Positions 52,909-64,000 of a DNA stretch of 64,000 nucleotides are shown piece after piece; the first letter of the stretch is position 1; each line of letters begins with the position of its first letter. The stretch covers positions 112,282,001 to 112,346,000 of the forward strand of contig OZ024743.1 in the NCBI GenBank assembly GCA_964016885.1. The letters run 5' to 3'. The notes beneath the pieces were generated by a model that did not search any database, was not told where the DNA came from, and saw only the letters and a program-made list of their open reading frames with translations. Both the position numbers and the translations under genes were made by a program. The stretch comes from Eledone cirrhosa. Taxonomy: Eukaryota.

Positions 52909-54282
52909 CTAAATGGGTAAAGAAAAAAATAACCGACAGCTGTGTGTGGGCATCTTATTCAACCTTATAATGGAAAAACAATATTAAAAGAAGACATGAA
53001 AGCGAATTGGCCATCGAAGTAGTTATAAAAGGATAATAGCAATAACTGTAAATGTAGAAGGTGATAGTTTATTAACAGCGAAATAACAATGTCGATGATA
53101 TGCAAGTTTAAAAATGCAGATTATGAAGGTTTGTATGATAGTTTACACTTTGATTGCCCTGGTCAGCAAGAGGATCCTTTATATATTAGAGGTTTATTAG
53201 AAGAGGGGGAAATAACTAACCCCAGTATTAGAACAGGGGGTTCGCAATGTAAGGGTTTTATTTCTTTTGTTAGAAAACAGTGATCTTTTTCGGTTTGGCA
53301 TTTCGTAAAATTCTACTGCAGAATCGATTTCATAAAACGGTACTGTATGATCGTTATAGAAGTATTTAAATTTAATATAGAGCAACTGTAAATGAAAAAT
53401 GAAAATGAAACGTACTGTAGAAGACAACAATTTATTAACAGCGAAATAACGTTGTCTTTGATATGTAATTTAAAATAAGACAATGAATATTTAAAAAAAA
53501 AAACTGAACTAATTAACTCGGCAACCAAACGGCTTATAGATCCCATTCATTAAGTGTACAATGAATATTTTTAAAAAAACTGAATGATTTAACTCGGCAA
53601 CCCAAAGGCTTATAGATCCCATTCATTAAGTTTACATGCATGTATCCTTTAAACTTTTCATTTGACTTTGAAAAATACTACTTACTGTTAGTGGTGGTTA
53701 ACATGTATTAGAATTAAAACAAAAATGATATCGGAAAAAACGTACCTGAGAACACGCCTCCCTTCTTCGCAATTTAAGGTTTTATTTCTTTTGATGGAAA
53801 ACAGTGACCGTTTTCGGTTTGGCATTTCGTAAAATGGTACTGCAGAATCAATTTCATAAAACGGTACTGTATGTTAACAGCGAAAGAGCGTTGTATTTGA
53901 TATGTTATGAAAAATTGATTAGTTTAAAAATTTGTATGAAATTGTAAATAAGGCAATGAATATTGAAAGCGACTACGGAAAATAACTCATCCAAGTATTA
54001 GAACAGGGGGAAATAACTCACCGAAAGCGATAGTAAATAGACCGTTTTGGGGCCCTAGGGACCACATTTTTCAAGTTAGAGATTTGCTTCCTTGGCACTT
54101 TTTACATAGCTGTGTAAATTTTCATGTCCATCCGAACGCGTCTACTACCATTTAACCGTGCACAACTGAATTTCAACCACCACCCATTTCACAAATATAT
54201 ATTAGACAAACATATGTCATTTTATTAGCATGCATACTTATAAATACGTTTATGTCTTTACGTCTATACGTATATGTGAGTA

Positions 54283-54378
<96 letters not shown>

Positions 54379-54381
<3 letters not shown>

Positions 54382-55270
54382 CGGGTAAAATTCCCGAGAT
54401 CCATGGACGAGTTCTCTCCAGCGGTCTCTGTCCCTCATTATCGCTGCCATGTCCTGCGTCTCCAACAGACCAGTGTCAACATACTCTTCCAGTGTGTCCA
54501 TGTAGGGGCTCCCACAGGAGCACTGAGTGCAATGTCAACTCTGGATGTCGGTGAGCATGTCCAGCTAACCTCAGTCTCCTCTGTGTCACTTTTGAGCTGA
54601 CTCTTGGAGGCTCCCATACAGCTCTGAGTGTTTCATCCTCAGTGCATACTGATTAATGTTCAGAAACATCTTCAGCATTCTCGTGTACCACCCATCAACC
54701 ATCTGAGTGAGTTTCTTGGTCAGTGTCCAAGTCTCAGACCCGTACAGCAGCACAGACTAAACTACAGCAATGAAGAGGCGGACATTCAGGTCTTCACGAA
54801 GGTCCGACTTCCACACCGATCTCAAGCTGTGGCACGCCGCCCAGGCTTTTCTCTTCCTCTCAACCACATCATCTTCCGTATTCCCAATCTTTGCTCCCAA
54901 ATACAGGAAGTCCTCAACCAATTCCAGCGGCTTCCCGCCTATATTAGTGATCCCCTCTGGCCTCTCAACATTCTCTACCATATATTTTGTTTTAGTCTCA
55001 TTCATTCTCAGCCCCACACTCATCGACACAGACTCAACCTCCTGCATCAAATCCTCTGCCTCCTTCACTGTATTTGTCACCAAAACTATGTCGTCGGCAA
55101 ATTCAGCATCTGATATCTTTTTCACCTTAACTATCCTGCTCTGAGCCGGTGCTACAGTAAAGCCAGAGTCCTGGTGTTTCTCCAGTGCAAGGCGTATACA
55201 ATAGTCCACTACGGTGATAAAAAGATAGGGAGCCAATGTATCTCCCTGGAGCACTCCAGCCAGTATCTCA
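54379..55270 (-). mobile_element. RTE-clade LINE, 3' part of the RT ORF
   Basis: EILAGVLQGDTLAPYLF, FADDIVL, GLRMNETKTKYM, FLYLG, LYGSETWTLT and terminal [11 protein letters not shown] running into (TA)n. Confidence 0.92.
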
Positions 55271-55927
55271 CTACTAGGAAAGCCACCCTCCACAGCCCAG
55301 AGCACTGAGGAGATTAGGCGGCTGTTTGAAGAACTGGATATTGAGACAGAGCCCTTCACCAGAGAGGAGCTTCAGAGAGGCAAGAAGAAAATCAAGGAGG
55401 GCAAGGCTCATGGATAAGATGGAGAGGCATCAGAGGTGATGAAGAGGTGTGATTTTGATGATATCATCCTGGGGTTCTGTAACCAGGCAATGGAGAAAGG
55501 AGTTGCCCCGAATCAGTGGAGGATCAGTAACATCGTCCCAGTTGCAACGAAGGGAGATCTCTCTAACACCAACAACTACAGGGGGATCTCACTGACGTCA
55601 CTTGTGGCAAAGACCCTCAATAGGATGATTGTTAACAGGATCCAGCCTGAGATGGAGAAGAAGCTCAGGGACAACCAGACCGGCTTCAGAGAGGGAAGAT
55701 CAGCCACCAGTCACATCCTGATGCTGAGGAGGTTATTAGAGGGAGCTAGAGCAAAGTGCCTTCCTTCGGTCATGGGTTTCATTGATTTTAAGAAGCCCTT
55801 TGATTCTGTGAACCGCCACTGCCTGATGAAGAACTTACAGGCTTATGGAATCCCCAAGAAGATAGTGGACCTGATATCAATGCTCTACACCAACACCAAA
55901 GCCCAAGTCATTACACCTGATGGGATA
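55271..55927 (+). mobile_element. RTE-clade LINE, inverted 5' part of the same RT ORF
   Basis: KGDLSNTNNYRGISL, LRDNQTGFREGRS, FIDFKKPFDSV, GIPKKIV...VITPDG. In an intact RT this directly precedes EILAGVLQGD. Confidence 0.92.
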
Positions 55928-56042
55928 CATATATATATATATATATATACCTGGAGTTGCGACCGATAGATAGTATTAGCAATTGGAAAGACCAACGGAA
56001 ACATTGTTCCCTCGGTCCGATTTGACAAAAAAGTCGATCGTT

Positions 56043-56099
<57 letters not shown>

Positions 56100-56104
<5 letters not shown>

Positions 56105-56490
56105 ATGCTTAGGGAGGGTCATGTTGCCAATAAGAAACACACGCACCAATTGCTTTCACTCCAATTTATTATAAATTAAATTTATAAATTTAAGAATTTA
56201 TAAATTTCCGGTTGGTTAGTTGGTTCCATAACCGGACGGTTGTTCATATATTGTCAAACTTCTTTAGTCACACATTCTGTGATCTCTTCAGTGACTGGGA
56301 TTCTTTTCAATGTTTTGTGCCTCTCCTTTGTTCTGTCCTACGCCATCTTGTTTTTGTGTGTGTTGTGTGCTTAGATTGCGCATGTGTTACATGTGTGTGT
56401 TTTTATTTGTTTATTTATTTGTTTATTTATATGTTACTAGTTAGTTGTTTGTTCTAGGTGTGTGTGTGTTTTCATTTTGTCCTTAATTGT
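56100..56490 (-). mobile_element. Second copy of the Penelope-like pseudo-LTR (homologous to 48306-48660)
   Basis: Reverse-complement match including GTCA-CTGAAGA-gatcacagaatgtgtgac-TAAA (GAAA mutated) and GGTGCGTGTGTTTCTTATTGGCA. Ends in (TA)n. Confidence 0.85.
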
Positions 56491-56549
56491 TTATCGGTTT
56501 CAACACATGTTTTCAGATAAAGAATCTTGCTAAACAAATTCAGAAACGA

Positions 56550-56555
56550 AATATA

Positions 56556-56605
<50 letters not shown>

Positions 56606-56636
56606 CATATATATATATATACATATATATATATAC

Positions 56637-56681
<45 letters not shown>

Positions 56682-56710
56682 CATATATATATATATACAT
56701 ACATATATAT

Positions 56711-56768
<58 letters not shown>

Positions 56769-56810
56769 CGAGAGAGAGGAGAAAGAAAGAGAGAGAGAGA
56801 AAGAGAGAAG
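56550..56810. repeat. (TA)n with interspersed CA, then (GA)n
   Basis: Seen directly in the sequence. Confidence 0.95.
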
Positions 56811-57029
56811 GAGACACAGCGAGACGAATGGATATGTCTATATATACACATACATGTGTATGAGTTAGTATCTATGTATATATATATATACCTATATATG
56901 AGTATGTGTGTTGAATTTAGATGTATGATGTAAGGAACTTTCTACTTCTTAATATTCTTGCATTTCCTTATAGTCTATATTCGAAGACAAGGTTATATAT
57001 TGGATAGAAAGAGTGAAAAACTTCAGAGT

Positions 57030-58461
57030 AAACCAAGAGGTCGATTAGAAAGTCTGTTATAATAGGCTGAAAGTCCAATATGCCAGCAAGTATTTGGCTC
57101 AGTTTAGCGGCATGTCGTCTCCAATAATCTAGCCAAATGATTACGAGCAGAAATGTCCTTGGAACAAATTAAATAGAGGGTTTGAATTCGAACAGCACCG
57201 CAAGGCAACTGACACACGTGGGAATTAGATTTAAGATTTTTATACAGCAGTAAGGTGATAAATTATTCACCAATCAACGTCTCCCATGTTAATTGCTGTG
57301 GACGTAGCCATTTACAAGAGCTAGAAATTCGTGGCTTTGTTTTCAAAGTAGCTTAAGAGCTCAAGTAATGTAGTGTATCTCTACAGAATAGAGGGTGGTG
57401 TGTATATGAGGAACAGAGATATTGAAAGGCAGTGATACAGAGAGAAAGAGAGATAGAGGGAAAGGCAGCGAGAGAAATAGTAAATTATAGATGTTCTGAG
57501 AGAAAATAAGTAAGATAGACAGATGAATATAGGGGTATTTAAATAGACTTGTTGAGGATATTCGATAGATTATAGTGGACACTGGACAAGTTGTAAAGAA
57601 GATATAATTTCTTCACACGTGTACAACTCAATTGAAAATTTAGAAATTCCTTTGTCATTCAAAGCATTTTGTCGGACAATCTTCTTCTTCTTCTTCTTCT
57701 TCTTCTTCTACTTCTTCTTCTTCTTCTTCTTCTTTTTCTTCTTCTTCTTTTTTTCTTCTCATTCTTCTTCTTTTTCTTCTTTTTCGTCACAAATACACAG
57801 CACTCATTATCTCTTTCATTCCTACGCACACATATACCCTCAAAAACACTCACACATACACATACATATATATATATGTGTGTGGGGGGGGGTGCATGTG
57901 CATGTATATGTATACGTGTGTGTGTGTGTGTGTGAGTGTGTGCCATACATCTAACCTCTATGGTCTGAATGCTCCGCCTTTCTACCTCTTATCTGCTCTC
58001 TTTCTACTGCAGCCTATTCCACGTCCTAATTATCTGCACACCGACACACATGCACCATCCATGCATTACACGGAAATATTCACACAAACAAGAGCACTTA
58101 GATACATTATACATATGACAAGCAAAAATTAATACACTTGCATACACTTGCATAAAAAAAACACATATACTCACACACATACAAATTTGCATATGTAGGC
58201 ATTACCTATGGAACGGTGGTGTTTAGCAGAAGTTATAGATATTAGCTAAGAGAGATAAAAGAGACCATTACTCCGTGGGGGAGAGATAGAGACTATCCAG
58301 TAAACCTACATATCAACGTACTAGGACGTTGCGAAGGGATGCAATATGTGGGTTGGGCTCAAATGGTAGAAGTTAACATACCGCTAAACTGAATCAAATA
58401 CTTGCTGGCATATTGGACTTTCAGCCCATTATAACAGACTTTCTAATCGACCTCTTAGTTT
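57030..58461. mobile_element. Segment bounded by 86-bp inverted repeats (57030-57115 / 58376-58461); putative non-autonomous element or two inverted element ends
   Basis: AAGAGGTCGATTAGAAAGTCTGTTATAAT.GGCTGAAAGTCCAATATGCCAGCAAGTATTTG..TCAGTTTAGCGG and its reverse complement. No clear TSD. Confidence 0.55.
57681..57785 (+). repeat. (CTT)n microsatellite
   Basis: Seen directly in the sequence. Confidence 0.95.
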
Positions 58462-58673
58462 TAAGAAGATTCTTGATATTTTGTATCTGCATGTGTTAAA
58501 GAAATCGGGTCGCCTATCAGTTATGTAGGGACTACCCTTTGTAATTTCTACGGCTTCCGTGATACATGAATCGAAGCCACTTGCAAAAGATCGTTGTCGC
58601 GTAAGTGTGCGGTCCTAATTGTGAATGTTGTGTATTATCATGATTAACCTCCTTACACACACGTGTGTGTGTG

Positions 58674-58733
<60 letters not shown>

Positions 58734-58734
58734 C

Positions 58735-58823
58735 ATGTATTGGGTCGTCAAGTATGGAATTTGTAGAAATTTGTTTTTTTTCTAGAAATCACTACAAATT
58801 TCATACTTGACGACCCATTACAT
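58735..58823. repeat. 89-bp palindrome (32-bp arms) embedded in (TA)n
   Basis: ATGTATTGGGTCGTCAAGTATGGAATTTGTAG / CTACAAATTTCATACTTGACGACCCATTACAT. Confidence 0.85.
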
Positions 58824-58839
58824 ATATAATATATATACA

Positions 58840-58871
<32 letters not shown>

Positions 58872-59371
58872 GTAAAAAAATTGAACGGGAACAAAACAGA
58901 GAGGCAGTACGAACAAAGGTTTATTAGTTTCACGCTCTTGAGAGTGGGGTGGTGGTGGATATGTGTGTGTGTGAGTGTGTGTGTGTGCAAGTTCGTAGCA
59001 TACAATTCCATTCATATTATTTCATTTTCTCTTTCATTATCGCGTATTTCCCCATCCTTCCCCCAATTTGTCTCTCTCCCACACTGTTTCTCTCTTTCTC
59101 TCTCACCCTCTTCTCAAGAAACAGATAACAAGACTAACTATTAACAAAGAGCAGGTATAACGTTCTACTGTATGATATCTGTCTACTAATACTCATACAT
59201 ATACTGGCATACAAGCAAGTATACACAGATACGAGGGAAGGCCTAATTGTTATCTCTCTCCCATTTCTCTTCAACTCCCCATCAACGTTTGTAAGTATTT
59301 TCTAGCACAGGATCATATTGACCAGTTCCTTGTCAGTGAATAATTAGACGGAAATAATTAGACAGCGCCTA

Positions 59372-59427
<56 letters not shown>

Positions 59428-59662
59428 CATGTGTTAATACAAAAGTAATTGAATTCTGCTCAGCCTATTTAGCCATTCAAAAAACCCACAAAATCTACTA
59501 GAATCACTTTATAATTTTTTTTAAATATGGCGTTAAAATTATTCGTCGTTATTTCCGCGACCAGGTCACTGACACAATAGACCAGCAGGGCATATAGTGT
59601 CGATGATCAAGTCTTTGCCTGCCTAAGGAGCCCCCGGCTTGGGTTTATTTCATTTCTAATGC

Positions 59663-59890
<228 letters not shown>

Positions 59891-60089
59891 TCCAGCTCTA
59901 ATTTCCATTTCGGTTACATGCGGTATTAGCTTTAAATACTCCCAATAAACGTTTTTTCAACAAATTAATTAAATCTCAGTAGATTGAAATTTGTCACTTA
60001 TAGTTAATATGCGAAACCACGGCAACTAAATATTCTTTGCTGGGGGAGGAGATTTAATGAGTGAGAAACATGTTCGTTCATTTTACCAG

Positions 60090-60290
60090 TGCGCTACAAG
60101 GCCACGGTCGCTCTCCGATAGATTTGCGGTAGTGGCCTTAGCAGTGGCTACCTCCCTACTTACCACAATAGGCGCTGAGCTGGCCAGCTGCAGGTTTCAG
60201 GCTCACGAGATGGAATGACTCTTGCAGCGCATCTCCCTTACCATCCCCCGGGGAGACGCCTTCTCCATTCTGTCTGCTTGTGGAGCGGCC
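60090..60290 (+). mobile_element. C-terminal remnant of a CRE-clade (restriction-like endonuclease) non-LTR retrotransposon
   Basis: ATSLLTTIGAELASCRFQAHEME*LLQRISLTIPRGDAFSILS resembles the CRE-type terminal motif FLFQRLSVAIQRGNAASIL (recognised from memory). Confidence 0.6.
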
Positions 60291-60645
60291 AGCACGTGGG
60301 ACTCCATTTGTTCATTATACAGAGATGAGGATGGCGAGTGCGATGGAGACTATGACAGTGGGAGTTCAGTACTTCCATGTCGGACACATTTGTCAAACTG
60401 TAGATTTTATGAAACAATTGTACCATAAATGAAACAAAAGTAATGAGGCCTAAAATTAGTACATCATCAACTTTTCCTCAAAGATTTCTTTCAGCTGATA
60501 TATTAGGAGTTATTCCCCTGGGCCGTGTTGTTTTGTTGATACATTACGACGTAGAATTTGCCTCCAAACTGAGATGATGTTCACAGCTGAATAAAATATT
60601 TCAACTCAGTATATTTGATATGCAGACCTGTCTCCAGTTTGTCTG

Positions 60646-60749
<104 letters not shown>

Positions 60750-61218
60750 CAAAAATATATGAAGGAGAAAACAAGACATTTAAAAACAAGATTTATATAT
60801 AGAAGAGGTTGGTTGTGTAGGTCTGTGTGTATATGTCGCTGTATACATTCATGTATTATTTATACAACAATATAGCTTCAAGCTGAAGGATTTCAATCGC
60901 CAGGATGCCAAGAAAAAGCACCTCTTGGCTAAGTAGAAAATACGTTTTACCTTACTTCGGGGCTGATTGATATGCATATTATCGTTAGTTTTACAGCTAC
61001 GACGAAAACATTATGTTCACAACATATAAAACTTTGGGTAAAATGTAATTTCTCCTACTTCTATATTATATGTTGACAGTTTTAAAGGCCGGTCATGTTT
61101 CCATATGGTAACGAGAATAGTCAGCTCATAGACACATAGATGATATATTTAGCCCTATCTTCAAGCTTAAACTATTTACAGACACATAAACAACGCGCGC
61201 ACACACACACACGTACTC

Positions 61219-61537
<319 letters not shown>

Positions 61538-61592
61538 CATATATATATATATATACATATATATAATAGCTGTGTGATTGAAAGACTTTGAT

Positions 61593-61649
<57 letters not shown>

Positions 61650-61766
61650 TTATATCTGTATTCCGTTGGTCAATCAATGATTAATATTGATTGCCAGCTA
61701 AATTAACTATAGTGATATAAAATATACAGAAGCGAAAACCAATCCAAACCAAATAGTGAGTGTATT

Positions 61767-61807
<41 letters not shown>

Positions 61808-61811
<4 letters not shown>

Positions 61812-61996
61812 GTTATTCCGGGTTGAATCGGAGGTAACCACAGTAAGTAAGGTACTCAATACATAGCAGAGTATAAAAGTTTTAATATAGATGAGATTCT
61901 ACAGGACTAGAACTGTTTCATTCTTTAGAATTTTCCTGATGATTTCTAAAGAATGAAACAGTTCTAATCCTGTAGAATCTCATCTATATTAAAACT
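61808..61996. mobile_element. Inverted pair of Penelope-type termini; the plus arm carries a type I hammerhead motif (61933-61977)
   Basis: 53-bp arms at 61878-61930 and 61944-61996. TTC-CTGATGA-t TTC TAAA GAA t-GAAA-CAG ttctaatc CTG-TA-GAA. Both ends lie in (TA)n. Confidence 0.75.
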
Positions 61997-62419
61997 ATAT
62001 ATATATATATATATATATATGAATGTATGTATAGTATATTTGACAATATACGTATGTTTAATTAAAAACATTTTGAAGACCTTGCGCTATCATTTTTAAA
62101 GTAGTGACTGTGTCACTTACTTCTTTATTCGGCAAAGGAAGCGAGAGAAGCTGACAGAGTCTGTTTCACGCTATTGGTGATCCTGAGAGCATCGTACCAA
62201 AAATTATAGTGGCTGGATTCTTATAGAATTCCAGTAATAATCAGGAACTGATTATAGACTTCACCATCCTTTAACAAAACATGTTAATGCAGCCATTTAA
62301 TGAAATCCCTTTGCTTAGAATAAATGAACCTTTAAAATTAGGAGTGCCTACATTTGTATCATCCTGTATCACTATGTATTTTTCTCTAAATATAGTTTTT
62401 TCAGAGAATCCCTATTCTT

Positions 62420-62634
62420 TAAATCCATCAGCCAATGACCTCCGCCCACCCCAATCACCACCTTCCGCTACCACCAGAAAACTTATAAATACCACCATAT
62501 CACATTGACAGTCGATTTTCCTTTGAATGAAACAGTTCTAGTCCTGTAACAGCCATTTCTATATTAAATATTCATACTATGCTATGTATTGAGTACCTTA
62601 CTTACTGTGGTTACGCCCGATTGAACCCGGGATA
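62420..62634 (+). mobile_element. Penelope-type pseudo-LTR of the same family, with the hammerhead CUGAUGA deleted
   Basis: GAATGAAACAGTTCTAGTCCTGTA...GCTATGTATTGAGTACCTTACTTACTGTGGTTAC.CCGATT.AACCCGG matches the reverse complement of 61815-61925. Confidence 0.7.
62432..62491 (+). promoter_or_regulatory. Putative Pol II promoter in the pseudo-LTR: CCAAT, GC box, CCAAT, TATA
   Basis: CCAAT 62432, CCGCCC 62442, CCAAT 62451, TATAAATA 62484-62491, about 30 bp upstream of the hammerhead position. Confidence 0.45.
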
Positions 62635-62679
62635 CACACACACACACAAACACACACACTTACATATATATAATATGTA

Positions 62680-62832
62680 GAATCCCGAGATGTGTCGGGG
62701 GTAACCATATCTAAAGAAAAAGAGTATAGACATTTTTTTTAATTTCATATAGAAATGAATTCTACAAGACTAGTTCATTCATATGAAATCATCAGGGCAT
62801 TATTGAGGATTTCATACGTAGAAGTCATTTTT
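62680..62832 (-). mobile_element. Degraded Penelope-type terminus with a hammerhead remnant
   Basis: Minus strand CCTGATGA-tttcatatgaat-GAA(deletion)CTAGTCTTGTAGAATTCATTTCTATA (CTGATGA at 62795-62789). A degenerate inverted arm follows. Confidence 0.55.
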
Positions 62833-62838
62833 GCGAAT

Positions 62839-63014
62839 TGGCAGTATTGGTAGAGGGTCAGACATGCTTTCCAGCGTAGTTACGTCCCTTTACGATGTGA
62901 GTTCAAATCCCGCTGAGGTTAACTTTGTCTTTCATTCTTACGCGGTCGATAAAATAAAGTACCAGTAATACATGGAGGAAATTGCTGGCCTTGTGCCAAA
63001 AGTAGAAACAATTA
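62839..63014 (+). mobile_element. tRNA-derived SINE
   Basis: Same family as 5210. Confidence 0.9.
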
Positions 63015-63243
63015 AATACATATACTGTATATATATATGTATATATGTATATATATATATGTGTGTGTGTGTGTATGTGTGTGTTTGTTTATGTGTTTGT
63101 GTGTGTGTGTATACATATATATATATATACATATACATATATACATATATATAAATATATGTATAAATTCATGTATGTATATAAATTCATGTCTGATGGA
63201 GCATTATGAAATAGTATATTAAGCACTGCATAAATGATTTTTG

Positions 63244-63320
<77 letters not shown>

Positions 63321-63553
63321 CTGTATATTTGCATCAGTGTGTAAATATGTGTATATCAGATTGTAGGCATTATATATCAACAGACAATCTTTCTCAACTT
63401 TACACAAATATACTCTCTTACGCACACACACAGAGATTTAAACACACACATATACACGCAATCACGTTGTATTGAAGCAGTTAATGTCTGACTATGCGGC
63501 AAATGGCATTGTGGTATTGTTTGAATTGCTGTCACAATGTGTATTATATACTC

Positions 63554-64000
<447 letters not shown>

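Larger units (their letters stand above)
50112..54206 (-). mobile_element. Helitron, internally deleted (Rep domain absent), with both termini retained
   Basis: Minus-strand 5' end TCTAATATATA at 54206. 3' end has a CCGG GTGCAA CCGG hairpin followed by CTAG|T at 50115-50111. RepHel remnants lie inside, with direct repeats at 53070-53905. Confidence 0.88.

Noticed and set aside
55820-55860. CTGATGA hammerhead core
   Set aside because: Lies inside RTE coding sequence, with no stem II or GAAA.

Overview
Eukaryotic, very AT- and microsatellite-rich intergenic or heterochromatic DNA. The tRNA-derived SINE family and the abundance of (TA)n suggest an octopus or other coleoid cephalopod (inference). 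I recognise no host protein-coding exon. About 54% of the window (10505-44960) is a 20-bp satellite with higher-order structure; the 4347-aa ORF is an artefact of it. The flanks are mostly decayed mobile elements: a Tx1/L1-like LINE, RTE LINEs (one with a twin-priming-type 5' inversion), a CRE-like remnant, a Penelope-like GIY-YIG fragment, two Helitrons, a TTAA MITE and several SINEs. The main find is a ~430-bp non-coding tandem repeat at 2593-3900 whose monomer carries a well-formed type I hammerhead ribozyme motif. Two intact-looking cores lie 427 nt apart on +, and one mutated core lies on -. This is a candidate non-LTR retrozyme (a self-cleaving, possibly circular-RNA-producing repeat) with an octamer motif. 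Further hammerhead motifs occur in Penelope-type termini. Many elements are inserted as back-to-back inverted pairs whose 3' ends run outward into (TA)n tracts. All structure calls were made by eye and have not been tested computationally.
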